NCBI RefSeq assembly: GCF_003918875.1
Contig: NW_025767126.1
Coordinates: forward strand, 682,001 to 746,000
Source of the DNA: Haliotis rubra
Lineage: Eukaryota
Direction of reading: 5' to 3'
DNA: 64,000 bases
The position numbers were made by a program, and so were the translations under genes. Positions 1 through 13,000 of this stretch are shown piece after piece. Under the pieces are notes generated by a model. The model was not told the DNA's origin, did no database searches, and saw only the letters and a program-made list of their open reading frames with translations. Every line of letters begins with the position of its first letter. Position 1 is the first letter of the stretch.

Positions 1-163
1 GGCACGCTGACTTGGTTGACACATATCATCGGTACCCAATTGGGCAGATCGATGCTCATGCTGTTGATCGCTGGATTGTCTGGTTCAGACTCGATTATTT
101 ACATACCGCCACCATATAGATGGAATATTGCTGAGTGCGACGTAAAACTAAACTCACTCACTC
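1..163 (+). mobile_element. SINE-like family B copy (5' part outside window)
   Basis: Matches family B body (ctgacttggttgacaca...gatcgatgctcatg...ggattgtctgg...cagactcgatt) and ends in tggaatattgctgagtgcgacgtaaaactaaa(ctca)n. Confidence 0.9.
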
Positions 164-196
164 CAAATGTTAAACCCGTTTGTGCTTAAAGCACCC

Positions 197-399
197 AACC
201 CATGCTTGACGTAAGAAGCGACTAACGGGATCGGGTGGTCAGGCTTGGCTGACACATGACATCGTATCCCAGTTGCATAGATCGATGCTCATGGTGTTAA
301 TCACTGGATTGTCTAGTCCACACTCGATTATTTACAGACCGCCGCCGTATAGCTGGAATATTGCTGAGTGCGGCGTAAAACTAAACTCACTCACTCACT
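197..399 (+). mobile_element. SINE-like family B copy
   Basis: aacccatgcttgacgtaagaagcgactaacgggatcgggtggtcagg through the shared tail and (ctca)n. Confidence 0.9.
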
Positions 400-799
400 T
401 AAACGAGATTCACTTGTCTAGGTGTTTTGTAATTTGGTATCGTTGGAAAAAGCTATGATAATCCGAAAAAGAATATGTTAGAATATTTGTTGGAAATTCT
501 TTCTTTGTGTTCAGCCCAGCCCGAGACATAGGCAATTGTGTGACAGTTGCATGAAGTCATGGCTATTGATAGCAATGCCAGAGATGCACGGGCTTGACAG
601 ATGGTTTGAACTCCTATACACATATCATTAAAAACGACGGCGGGATGAGCTGTTTCGAATTATAGGGCGCTGTCGGATCACAAATCACAAAAGAACTCTT
701 TTTCTCGCACAGCTAAATCACCCACATCATTCTTTTAATCTAAATGGGCAATTATAGTTGACGTTATTCAGACAAAAAGGTTCACAATCGTTATCCAAA

Positions 800-935
800 A
801 TGGACACTTCCGGTTAACGTTTCCATCGAGTGTTGCCATCGTGTCTGAACCGGAAGTCCAGATCATATCGCCCGCTTCTCCGAATTGCAAATGGCGGCAG
901 GCGATAACAATTTATTGGCAAACTGCGAGTGAGCT
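800..935 (+). promoter_or_regulatory. Candidate promoter/first exon (ETS x2, YY1-like AAATGGCGGC, GTGAG donor)
   Basis: acttccgg (~807), ccggaagt (850), aaATGGCGGC (889-898), open codons MAAGDNNLLANC then gtgag at 929; motif-level evidence only. Confidence 0.25.
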
Positions 936-1958
936 GCTATAGACAGTCTTTGTTGTCACAGACTTAATGACTTAGCCTGACACGGATGGTTCCAAAGTCC
1001 ACCGATTATAAGAGAAACATTGTTATGTCCATATAGCATAGTTATGTGCAGGCCTTCACGTGCTGGTCACCCACAAGTGCACTAAATGTGGCTCCAATAT
1101 CCGTAGTCTGCCTTCACCGCAGAGTATGACGTCACAACTGTAATTGACATCCGTTGTTCATCTTAAATGACAAGCGCCAACAAAGGCTGTTCTTGACAAG
1201 CGACTTAATATATTGACGTTAGGTCTATAACCAAATCATGCGTGAACGAACATCCCTGATAAACGCGCCAGATCTAATAGTTTATGTCGCGGTTGCGCCA
1301 GCAGATATAATTCAAACAACGAGGAAATCCTGGCCTATATATTTTCCTGATCGAACTGTCTGGCATCGATCTCATGACCTAAAAAACTTTGAGAAATAAA
1401 ACAAACAAGGGATAAACAAACGACCGAAGCAGCATGGTTTAACTTGACAAAAGTTGCACTGGGTGTTTCTGCAGGATTGTGTTTATGCGCTGCAGAGTGG
1501 CGTCCCTTAGTCGTGACAGTATCCGATGATCAGAGGTTCGAATTCCAGATTTAAACCAATTATGAACCTCGGTCTGCCAGGAGTATACCCGTGTCCAAGG
1601 GTTTCATCAAAATGGATTACGGGAATGGCATTTAGCACTTTTGGTTTTACGCCGCTTTTAGCAATATTCCAGCAATATCGCGGCGGGTCCAAGTTGTGAT
1701 GTTGCTGGAATAGTGTATGACGGTGTGACAGCTGTACCATACACCTGTGTTCGGTGGGAAATAGACTTGCACAAGTGACTATAGTAATAAATAATAGTTT
1801 AAATGATAATGATGTCTAAAGAAATATTTATAAAAAGAACAAATTGTCAATCTAACAGACTGGCGTCCTGGGACTGTCGGCTTATCTAGGCTTGACTCGC
1901 TAAAGCTTACACTTAGTATACATCCATGGGCTTATAAATCCTTGCAGCAAGGCTAGGG

Positions 1959-2319
1959 GGAGGTGATGTGAAGTGAAATTGGGTTGTAACGTCGTACTTA
2001 AGAATATTTCACTCATATGACGACGTGCATGCGTGTGTATGTGTATGTGCGGCTGCTTGTACTAGCCCAGACTTAAGCTGGTTTTATAGTGCTAGCCCAC
2101 TGAGATACCATGCCGCAGTGAAGCATGAATACCACACTCAGACACATTATACTGACTCCGAGCCGACCAGTCCTTGTTGTACCCATTAATGCCGAGCGCC
2201 AGGCAGGGACCAACAAGTACCATATTTTAACGTCTTTTGGTATGACGCTGTCGGGGATTGAACCCGCGACCTTCCACTCTCCGGGCGGACGCTCTAACCA
2301 CTACACCACGGAGGCGGTT
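1959..2319 (-). mobile_element. Family D: tRNA-headed MetaSINE/RUDI-like SINE, full length
   Basis: Minus strand: tRNA A/B boxes (tggtgtagtgg; ggttcaatccc), Meta-domain-like gtcataccaaaagacgttaaaatatggtacttg, shared hairpin tail; TSD ggctaggg at 1951-1958/2320-2327; closely similar to 54189-54545. Confidence 0.85.
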
Positions 2320-2499
2320 GGCTAGGGAGAGAGACCTCAATCGCCTTCCTCCAGCATCAGGCAGAAACACCTGGTGTTACTGAAATACTGTTCCAAGCAG
2401 CCTTAAACAAAACTCTTTCACTCACCCAAGTGATATGTTTTTTATCAAGTACAGGTCAAGATGACAACTAATATATATTTTTGTGATATGCATTTTTAG

Positions 2500-2692
2500 G
2501 GTGAGTGGGTTTAGTTTTACGCCGCACTCAGCAATATACCAGCTATATGGTGGCGATCTGTAAATAATCGAGTCTGGACCAGACAATTCAGTGATCAACA
2601 CCATGAGCATCGATCAACGCAATTGGGAACCGATGACATGTGTCAACCAAGTCAGCGAGCCTGACCACCCGATCCCGTTACTCGCCTCTTAC
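2500..2692 (-). mobile_element. SINE-like family B copy, 5'-truncated
   Basis: Reverse complement of family B body and tail. Confidence 0.9.
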
Positions 2693-2694
2693 TA

Positions 2695-2860
2695 ACTGTT
2701 AACAGACCGGCGTAGAACAGGTTTGAATATTAATAATGAAAATATACAAGATTAATATTTACGATCAGACAATCAAAGCTCTTTCATTTTTGTGTGAGGG
2801 GCTCCAGATCTGACTGTTAACAGACCGGCGTAGAACAGGTTTTAATATTGATAATGAAAT
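2695..2860. repeat. Local direct duplication (~47 bp)
   Basis: actgttaacagaccggcgtagaacaggttt(g/t)aatatt.ataatgaaa at ~2695 and ~2813. Confidence 0.85.
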
Positions 2861-4099
2861 GTGAAATTACTAGTCTGGTATTGAACACAGATTGAGTGAA
2901 TATTGCTTAATACCCATGATCAGCAATATTCCAACTCTTCTTCGTCAGCCTGGTCCAATCTAGGCCATCAAACCAGTGATTAAGAGCATGAGCGCCAACT
3001 CAAAGCGAGACGCACAATCAGCCACGCCATAGAGATTCCCCGTTTTAGTCTACGACAGGTCTTAACATGAAAAACATATTACTAGCAAACCCGGGATGCT
3101 TTGTGTCAATACGAATCGTCCATTATGATGTTTTTATAGAACTAATGCGATTCTATTGCATTCCATTGCCTTTATTAGATAAAAAAATATAATACGAAGC
3201 AAAAAGAATAACAATTTAACTTTATAGAAAATGTCATAAAAGATCGGTTTCATGTCATCGTAAGATATTGAATATATCAGCCCGCGCGATTTAACACGAA
3301 TCTTGCATGCGTTAGAACCATAGACTATCATCAACTGGATCAGTTTACTTCGATAACGCAATTACTACGGAAATAATTTTCTTCCTTGTGGAGATACCAA
3401 TTTTACCCAAATAAAATAATCATAAAGGGCGGAACATAAACGCCGTTTCCATGACGACGAAAAAACAGATATACAACTCTTTCGCAGGGGCAACAACCTC
3501 GGGGATACTGTCAAAATCGTTTAAACCATCTATATATATTTTCACTCTGTGCATAAATTTTTCGAATTTATTAAATTATTTTTTATCTTGTACCTTTAGC
3601 AAGAAATTGGTTGCTATGAAGCGAGGTTTCGAAGTAAAACCTATTTAAAAAACAAATCATTTTAGGAAACTTTGAGAAAACCAAAACTGCTTCTGAACAA
3701 TTATGGCTATTGCTGCGGAATGATTTTCTAACACAATGGTTCATCGATTGATCAGTATCGATTACATATGTTACAGCCGGGAGGCATCGTTAATTATATG
3801 TAGGTTAAGCGTCTATTAATTACCTACTGCTCATCATTATCTGTCTGTTTACTTATCGCATTTACTTACCTTCGTCACGTGATGAATGAGTCATAGACAA
3901 GATAATTAAACGTGTAGAGTCAGACGTCGCAATGTGATGATTATGTCTTATGATTGTGAGACGCGGCCAACCTCGTGAGAAGTGGAAGGACGGAGCAGCC
4001 GGTGTCTGGCAATTTAATTAAAGATCATTATGATGTCAAGAGTTGGGGCACAGTGGGTGAGTGGGTGAGTGAGTGACACGAACGTATATAACCACCGTA

Positions 4100-4260
4100 G
4101 GGCGGTGGGGTAGTCTAGTGGCTAAAGAGTTCGCTCGTCACGCCGAAGACCCGGGCTCGAATCCCCACATGGGTACAATGTGTGAAACCCATTTCTGGTG
4201 TCCCTCGCCGTGATATTGCTGGAATATTGCTTAAATCGGCGTAAAACCATACTCACTCAC
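4100..4260 (+). mobile_element. Family A tRNA(Asp-like)-derived SINE
   Basis: gggcggtggggtagtctagtgg...ctcgtcacgccgaagacccgggctcgaatccc head, shared tail, (ctca)n; imperfect 13-bp TSD tataacc(a/g)c(c/t)gta. Confidence 0.9.
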
Positions 4261-4314
4261 TATAACCGCTGTATATACGAAAGTGTGAAACCACTTTATA
4301 TACGAAAGTATAAA

Positions 4315-4562
4315 TTGAGTGAGTTTAGTTTTACGCCGCACTCAGCAATATTCCAGCTAAATGGGGGCGATCTGTAAAATAATCGAGTCTGGACCAGACA
4401 ATCCAGTGATCAACAAGCATGAGCATCGATCTACGCCATTGGGAACCGATGACATGTGTCAACCAAGTCAGCAAGCCTGACCACCCGATCCCGTTAGTCG
4501 CCTCTTACGACAAGCATGGGTTACTTACTGAAGATTAATTCTAACCCGGATCTTCATGGGTC
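4315..4562 (-). mobile_element. SINE-like family B, full length
   Basis: Complete element; perfect 12-bp TSD cgaaagtataaa at 4303-4314/4563-4574. Confidence 0.92.
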
Positions 4563-4934
4563 CGAAAGTATAAAAGCACCTTAGATACAAACTTATAAAA
4601 TCACTGTGTAGACGGACTTTTAAAACAACTGTATAAAACATTGGAGCGGACAAACCACTTTATGTAAGAGCGAATACATTGATAGCATACCGTTACTGGG
4701 ATTGAAGCAAAACGTTGTATTTTGAAATATGATAAATAAACTCATTGCCCGAAGGACTGCAAAAACACCGCCTCAAGAATGTGTAAACTGTTGTACCTAG
4801 GAGTGCGTAAAATAACTATCACAGAGTACCACTGATGGGTATCTTGAAAAACACAAGATGTTACATCTCGAAACAAATATCAACAAAATAAAAAATAAAT
4901 ATGGCAAAAATATTTACAGAACAAATTAAAAGAA

Positions 4935-5388
4935 TGGTGGTGTGTGGTTCAATGCATAGAGCTCAGGTCACAAATCAGTTGAAGTTAAGCAACGTTGGTC
5001 GCGGAGAGTCCTTGGATGGGTGACCGTGTTTGGCAGCTTGATTCCTGAGAGTTTCTAGAACTTCTCGCCTGCCTAACAACGAAGCACACGTGACATACGT
5101 GGTCTCACCTTAGGCAAGTGAGTTTGTTCAAAATTGCCTCTGTTCACCCAGCAGAAAATGGGTACCCGGTGGTATAAGTGAGTGAGTGAGTTTAGTTTTA
5201 CGCCGCACTCATAATATTCCAGCTATATGGCGGCGGTCTGTAAATAATATAAGTCATGTGACTATAACATTCCAGCCCCTCACGGGCAGCTTGGTTTATA
5301 TTAAACCGGGGTAATAATGAACTGTCTGCACTATGGGCTTGCTGTCGGTGTGGATTTAGCGCAATGGACTAATTATCATATTATTATC
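4935..5388 (+). mobile_element. Family E: tRNA/5S-headed CORE-like SINE (with nested family B tail)
   Basis: 5S internal promoter-like gaagttaagcaacgt (4981) + 15 nt + cttggatgggtgaccg (5011); CORE-like ccttaggcaag...gcctctgttcacccagcagaaaatgggtacc; tail ending attattat; second copy at 45863-46226. Confidence 0.75.
5179..5248 (-). mobile_element. Very short 5'-truncated family B insertion inside family E
   Basis: Tail-only piece flanked by (t)ataagt duplication; absent from the second family E copy. Confidence 0.85.
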
Positions 5389-6244
5389 TCATTCTTCTAT
5401 TTCTATTTGACAATAGAAATAGAAGAATAAAATAATAATATGAAATCTAACATTTTAGGGTAAAATAGAACAGAGATAAGCAATAAATTAAATTTACATT
5501 AAGTAAACAATGATTATGTGAAAATAGAAATGTTTTAAGAAAAAATAATCTGCGAGAGTACATGCACACTGATTCCATCCCCTGCAGCGTTCGCCGAGGA
5601 CACAATTCTCCTTCACTGACAATAACGAAAGTATGTGACAAATCCAGGGTCACAGCGTGACACTTTCAGCTTGACGAAATTGACAAATCGATGTCAATTA
5701 CAGCCACGTGCCGAGCATGTAGAAATATACAGAACCCATATGTCAATATCACCATAGACATCGTCGTAATCAAGAGGCTAATCGGTCCGGTTATGGCACT
5801 GTTAATTGGCTCCGTGTCTGCGATGTGTTCATAAACCATTTCGGGAACTCATTAGTATGTATACTGACGTTTCGGAGTAGGGTTATTGACCTGGGGTTCT
5901 GGTATATGTTTCATTGTGTATATGACTAATCTGGGATTGTCTTACAAGGAATTGCACTATAAAATGAATCTGGTTACTGATATAATTTGATTAGGTACGT
6001 TTTACAAGTGCTATTAAGCAAGTGTACGATGATTACGAGACTGGTGTGCGTTGAATTACGTAGAATGGGCGAGGCAGGTATGTGATAACATCTATGCTAG
6101 GTGGTGTCGGTCGACAAGGTGAGTGTGTCAGGAACGGTTGGAGCGACGTGATTTCAGGTGTCCGACTTTTAACACTTTGGAACCAAAACACAGGCAATGT
6201 TCTGACACACCTGGAAATATAGTCATGGCGGATCTGGTATTAGA

Positions 6245-6493
6245 CTGATTGATTGATTGAGTTTAGTTTGACCCGCACTCAGCGATATTTCAGCTATATT
6301 GCAGCGGTCTGTAAATAATCGGATCTGGACCAGACCATCCAGGGATCAACAGCATGAACATCGATCTACGCAATTGGAATACGATGACGTGTGTCAACCA
6401 AGTCAGCGAGCTTGACCACCCGGTCCCGTTAGTCGCCTCTTACGACAAGCATGGGTTACTGAAGATCAATTCTAACCCGGATCTTGGTAGGTC
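6245..6493 (-). mobile_element. SINE-like family B, full length
   Basis: 12-bp TSD tctggtattaga at 6233-6244/6494-6505. Confidence 0.9.
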
Positions 6494-6559
6494 TCTGGTA
6501 TTAGAAGCAGGTCAGATAAGACAGATCGGATCAGATTATGTAGATCTATCATATAGGGT

Positions 6560-9005
6560 AGTCGAATAACATAGGTATATCGGATCATGCGGGAAGAACG
6601 GATTATGTCGGGAAACGGATCATATTGGGAGAACGGATCGTACTGGAAGAAAGGATCATGGAGTGGAGGACGGATCGTATAGGTGAGAACAGATCATATA
6701 GGAGAGAACGGATCATATAAATGAGAACGGGTCATATAGGAGAGAACGGATTATGGGGAGGGGGGACAACGGATCATATAGAACGTATCATGCAGGAAAA
6801 ACGGATCATATAGGGGAGAATGGGTCATATAGGAGAGAACGGATCATATAGGAGAAAACTAATCATATGGGGAGAACGGATCATAAAGGAGAGATCGGGT
6901 CATACAGGAGAGAACGGATCATACAGGAGAGAACGGATCATACAGGAGAGAACGGATCATATAGGAGAGAATGGATCATATAGGAGAGAACGGATCATAT
7001 GGGAGAACGGATCATATAGGAGAGAACGGATCATATGGGGAGAACGGATCATATGGAGAGAACGGATCATATAGGAGAGAACGGATCATATAGGAGAGAA
7101 CGGATCATATAGGAGAAAACTGATCATATGGGGAGAACGGATCATATAGGGGAGATCGGGTCATACAGGAGAGAACGGATCATATAGGGAGATCGGGTCA
7201 TATAGGAGAGAACGGATCATACAGGAGAGAACGGGTCATACAGGAGAGAACGGATCATATAGGGAGATCGGGTCATACAGGAGAGAATGGGTCATACAGG
7301 AGAGAACGGATCATATAGGGGAGAATGGGTCATATAGGAGAGAACGGGCCATACAGGAGAGAACGGGTCATACAGGAGAGAACGGATCATATAGGGGAGA
7401 TCGGGTCATATAGGGGAGATCAGGTCACATAGGGGAGATCGGGTCATACAGGAGAGAACGGATCATATAGGGAAGATCGGGTCATACAGGAGAGAACGGA
7501 TCATATAGGGAGATCGGGTCATATAGGAGAGAACGGATCATATAGGAGAGAACGGGTCATATAGGGAGAGATCGGGTCATACAGGAGAGAACGGATCATA
7601 CAGGAGAGAACGGATCATATAGGGGAGAATCGGAGTCATATAGGAGAGAACGGGTCATATAGGAGAGAACGGGTCATACAGGAGAGAACGGGTCATACAG
7701 GAGAGAACGGGTCATACAGGAGAGAACGGATCATATAGGGGAGATCGGGTCATACAGGAGAGAACGGATCATATAGGGGAGATCGGGTCATACAGGAGAG
7801 AACGGATCATATAGGGGAGATCGGGTCATACAGGAGAGAAAGGATCATATAGGGGAGATCGGGTCATACAGGAGAGAACGGGTCATACAGGAGAGAACGG
7901 ATCATATAGGGGAGATCGGGTCATATAGGGGAGATCGTGTCATACAGGAGAGAACGGGTCATACAGGAGAGAACGGATCATATAGGTAAGATCGGGTCAT
8001 ACAGGAGAGAACGGATCATATAGGATAGAACGGATCATATGGGGAAGAACGGATCATATAGGAGAGAACGGATCATATGGGCTGAACGGATAATATGGGG
8101 AGAACGGATCATATAGGAGAGAACGGATCATATAAGAGAGAACGGATCATATGGGGAGAACGGATCATATAGGAGAGAACGGATCATATGGGAGATCGGA
8201 TCATATAGGAGAGATCGGATCATATGGAGAGAACGGATCATATGGGAAGAACGGATCATATAGAGAGAACGGATCATATAAGAGAGAACGGATCATATGG
8301 GGAGAATGGGTCATATAGGAGAGAACGAATCATATGGGGAGAACGGATCATATAGGAGAAAACTGATCAGATGACGATATAGGGGAGATCGGGTCATACA
8401 GGAGAGAACGGATCATATATGGAAGATCGGGTCATACAGGGGAGAACGGATCATATAGGGAGACCGGGTCATACAGGAGAGAATGGATCATATAGGGGAG
8501 ATCGGGTCATACAGGAGAGAACGGATCATATAGGGAAGATCGGGTCATACAGGGGAGAACGGATCATATAGGGAAGATCGGGTCATACTGGAGGGAACGG
8601 GTCATATAGGGGAGAACGGGTCATATAGGGGAGGACGGGTCATATAGGGGAGATCGGGTCATACAGGATAGAACGGGTCATACAGGAGAGAACGGATCAT
8701 ATAGGGAAGATCGGGTCACACAGGAGAGAACGGGTCATATAGGGGAGAACGGGTCATACAGGGGAGAACGGGTCACACAGGAGAGAACGGGTCATATAGG
8801 GAAGATCGGGTCACACAGGAGAGAACGGGTCATATAGGGGAGGACGGGTCATATAGGGGAGGTCGGGTCATATAGGGGAGAACGGGTCATATGGGGAGAA
8901 CGGATCATATAGGGGAGGACGGGTCATATAGGGGAGGACGGATCATATAGGAGAGGACGGATCATATAGGAGAGGACATGTTATGTGGAGGAGAACAGAT
9001 CATAA
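6560..9005. repeat. Minisatellite, ~20-bp unit (ggagagaacggatcatatag and variants), ~2.4 kb
   Basis: Directly visible tandem array, purine-rich on + strand, degenerate edges. Confidence 0.97.
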
Positions 9006-9871
9006 ACTACATGCAGGTCAGATTCTACAAGTTATGAAATCTCTGATTAACTATGTTCCCAATGAAAGTTGTACAGACGCTTAAAGGGCAAGTAAATATA
9101 CAGGGGGATGATCACATTGAACCAAACACCAACTGACACGACACCAAGCTTCAACTGTCTTGACAAGAGGTTTTGTTGTGTTGTGATTACTTAGTGTTTA
9201 AATATCAACATAATTACCAAAAATAAAATTAAAAATAATGTAATCACAGTAGCGTTTGGTTTTGAGTATGTATGTAGTTGAAACGAAATAAATCCTTTAA
9301 ACGCCTTTATAATACCCAGTCCTAAAAGTCAAATCCATCTTTAATTCGAAACTAATTACATTCTTGTTGTCATGTGACATAATTATTATATCCATAATAC
9401 AGATGGCATTCTGGGTTTCATGTTATATTATTTTTTCAAGGTCCGATTCTTTTTAATTCCTCATTATCTTCCAGATGAAATATCCAGTCATTTAGCTAAT
9501 ACATTTTGAAATTAGATTCGAGCGTGGCCACATCACTCACCCACGTGACTGAGAGGCATTGCATAGAATCTAATGCCATCTGACATGTAATAATATCAAA
9601 GCCTCGTGCTATCGCTGCCGCTCGTGCCGTGAAATATACACCAGTCGCTGTGTTTTTCGGGTGTCGGTTTCGCATGGGTCACGTGGCTGAGTTTACAAGC
9701 TGACAATGTTTCCATGAAATTAGCCGTGGGAAGACGGTGTCAATTACGACACGTGTTAATTTCACTATTTACTGCTCGTACATTTCCGTTGAATCTGAAG
9801 CGACAGGACATCGTGGTGGAATTGGATTTCCTCCAGTAAGATACAGTGTTTGTTGTATGACGGTGGACTGT

Positions 9872-10080
9872 GAGTGAGTGAGTTTACTTTTACGCAGTAT
9901 CCCGGCTCTATGGCTGCGGTCTGTAAATAATCGTGTCTGGAACCAGTGATCAACACCATGAGCATCGATCTGCGCAACTGGGAACCGATGACATGTTTCA
10001 ACCACGTCGGCGAGCCTGACCGCCTCTAACGACAAGCATGGGTTACTGAAGATCAATTGTAACCCGGATCTTCACGGGTC
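9872..10080 (-). mobile_element. Family B copy nested in an older family B copy (host continues 10081-10268)
   Basis: TSD cggtgg(a/c)ctgt at 9861-9871/10081-10091; ends in ggatcttcacgggtc. Confidence 0.8.
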
Positions 10081-10444
10081 CGGTGGCCTGTACATAATCG
10101 AATCTGGACCATGCAATCCTGTGATTTACATCATGAGCATCGATCTGCGCATTTAGGTTACGATGACCCGCACCAACAAAGTCAATGAGCCTGATCACAC
10201 TGTATCATTGGTCGCATCTGTACACAAACAGGGCTTGCTGAAGATCAATTCAACCCTGATCTTCACGAGAAGTGACAAGGACGGGATACTGAGGACCATT
10301 TCTATCTTCGATCGTCACGGGCCTGATAAATCTGTACGTGAATACGTATGCTCAAAATGCAACAATTCAGAAACATTTGGGGATTAATTCTGATACCCGT
10401 TTATAAATTACACTTCATTTATTTCAAATGAGAAGTTTTCCTAA

Positions 10445-10815
10445 TGAGTGAGTATAGTTTTATGCCGCTTTACCAATATTCCAGAAATATCACAGCGGCT
10501 GACATCAGAAATGGGCTTCACACACTGTACCCTAGTCTGTCTCACAGTCCCTGAACCACATTATTTTCCCTACTGCCAAGCCCTATCTGCAGTGCAAAAA
10601 GCCCTAGATAAAGCAAGTCTAGATTTCCTCAGGTTCGGGCTGAATCTCCGGTCTGCCTGGGGCTCCTTTTCAATTTAAATGGGCTTGTTTCTTACTATCA
10701 AAATTTTATATATTCAGAGACTAAGCGTTTGTCTAACTGTAAACAAATGGGGAATCGAACCAGGGTCTTGGGCGTGACGAGCGAACATTTTAACCAGTAG
10801 GCTACCCCACCGCCC
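10445..10815 (-). mobile_element. Family A SINE interrupted by a family C element
   Basis: Tail half 10445-10532 and head half ~10745-10815 flank the insertion. Confidence 0.85.
10533..10735 (-). mobile_element. Family C non-autonomous DNA element (Academ-like termini, 9-bp TSD)
   Basis: Ends tagtctgtctc...tttgtcta; imperfect TSD actgta(cc/aa)c at 10524-10532/10736-10744; homologous to 16601, 22545 and 54587 copies. Confidence 0.8.
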
Positions 10816-11174
10816 ATATGTTTTCCTGACAATAACAATGTGGGAACAAATGTGTCTTGTATCAATTGAAATCACAGTGTTTTATATCAGCCTATGTAAA
10901 CTAACGCTTAACATAACGTCAATATTCTCATAAGGATCCCCAATGAGGTGAGCGATGTGGAAAATCTAGACTTGCTAAGATTTAGGCTTCAGTATTGCAG
11001 CGCGGTTTGGGAGGAAAGAAATTAACATGTACGGTTTACGTTCAGGGAGACACACTGCCATAGATCACGTTGTGAGTCACTCTAAGTTTTTATCCTTGCC
11101 TTAGGAGTGAGTGGTCTCCTGGTGGTTTAAACGGTCGCTTGTTACATTGCAGACCTGGGTTCGTTTCCCCATAT

Positions 11175-11556
11175 AGACAGACAGACGGACAGATATTTTA
11201 TTAAAGTCTCACCTTGTATTTACAAAATAAAACAATAGATAAGTCATTAATACAATATCCTCTACGAGCCACCCACTAAGGGTTACGATCGAGAGACTAT
11301 ATGTACAATGTAAAATACAGATTAATTAATAAATGGTACTAAAAAGCAATAATGGTTAAAAAAAGGCTACCCATCATGGTATAAAATATGTTGCCGTTTT
11401 TCCAATAAAAGTTTGCAGGTTTTGGCTGCTAAAATGAACACCTCGGCCTCGGACATGATAAAACTAAACTTTTCACTATGACTCAAACATTTAAAATCAT
11501 AACATATATGTCTAAAGTGTGAAGTCAATTCTCGTCTGGCCTCCGTAGTGAAGGGG
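11175..11556 (-). mobile_element. 5'-truncated LINE 3' end (CR1/L2-group-like ORF2 C-terminus plus 3' UTR)
   Basis: Minus-strand frame PFTTEARRELTSHF...LSHSEKFSFIMSEAEVFILAAKTCKLLLEKRQHILYHDG* resembles the C-termini of invertebrate CR1/L2-group ORF2; then UTR, aataaa and (tctg)n tail; lies between a degenerate family A head (~11105-11174) and tail (~11557-11592). Confidence 0.65.
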
Positions 11557-11707
11557 CTGGGTGTTGCCAAAAGCATCGTTAAACAACAACTGTTACCTTT
11601 GTTAGATGAACAACAACAACAACAGACATCTTTGTTGGTTTCAGCAATAACAACCATACCATTTTATTAGCCGCAACAACAACATCTACATGCAATCTTA
11701 GTAAGCT

Positions 11708-11872
11708 GGGCGGTGGGGTAGCCTAGTGGTTAAAGCGTCGGCTCGTCACGACGAAGGCCCGGGTTCGATTCCCCACATGGGTACAATGCGTGAAGCCCAT
11801 TTCTGGTGTCACCCGCCGTGATATTGCTGGAGTATTGGTAAAAGCGGCGTAAAACCAAACTCACTCACTCAC
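11708..11872 (+). mobile_element. Family A SINE
   Basis: Full head and tail; TSD tctt(a/t)gtaagct. Confidence 0.92.
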
Positions 11873-11984
11873 TCTTTGTAAGCTTCAGCAGCAGCAGCAA
11901 TAACAATCCATCCTTGTTATGTGCAACAATTATGGTCGCGCAATATTTCTTTGCAATAACAACAATCACGTCATTTGGGTTAGC

Positions 11985-13000
11985 TGCAACAAGAATAATC
12001 ACACCAGATTTGCTTACTGCAGCAACAACACTCATACTATCTTTGTTAGCTGCAGCAACAACAATCATACTATCTTTGTTAGCTGCAGCAACAACAATCA
12101 TACTATCTTTGTTAGCTGCAACAAGAACAATCATACTATCTTTGTTAGCTGCAGCAACAACAATCATACTATCTTTGTTAGCTGCAACAAGAACAATCAT
12201 ACTATCTTTGTTAGCTGCAACAAGAACAATCATACTATCTTTGTTAGCTGCAGCAACAACAATCATACTATCTTTGTTAGCTGCAACAAGAACAATCATA
12301 CTATCTTTGTTAGCTGCAGCAACAACAATCATACTATCTTTGTTAGCTGCAAACAACAAATCATACTATCTGTGTTAACTGCAACAAGAACAATCATACT
12401 ATCTTTGTTAGCTGCAAACAACAACAATCATACTATCTTTGTTAGCTGCAGCAAGAACAACTCATAATATCTTTGTTAGCTGCACCAAGAACAATCATAC
12501 TATCTTTGTTAGCTGCAACAAGAACAATCATACTATCTTTGTTAGCTGCAACAAGAACAATCATACTATCTTTGTTAGCTGCAGCAACAACAATCATACT
12601 ATCTTTGTTAGCTGCAACAACAACAATCATACTATCTTTGTTAGCTGCAGCAACAACAATCATACTATCTTTGTTAGCTGCAACAAGAACAATCATACTA
12701 TCTTTGTTAGCTGCAGCAACAACAATCATACTATCTTTGTTAGCTGCAACAACAACAATCATACTATCTTTGTTAGCTGCAACAAGAACAATCATACTAT
12801 CTTTGTTAGCTGCAGCAACAACAATCATACTATCTTTGTTAGCTGCAGCAACAACAATCATACTATCTTTGTTAGCTGCAGCAAGAACAATCATACTATC
12901 TTTGTTAGCTGCAGCAACAACAATCATACTATCGTTGTTAGCTGCAGCAACAACAATCATACTCTCACTGTTTAGCTGCAACAACAACCATATCATCTTT
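11985..13000. repeat. Minisatellite, 30-bp unit (gcagcaacaacaatcatactatctttgttagct-type)
   Basis: Over 30 near-identical units; degenerate halo from ~11580 to ~13150. Confidence 0.97.

Noticed and set aside
4975-5030. 5S rRNA gene
   Set aside because: Only the box A to box C region matches; embedded in a dispersed repeat.
11708-11780. tRNA-Asp gene (and similar heads elsewhere)
   Set aside because: No acceptor-stem pairing; always continues into the SINE body and tail with TSDs.
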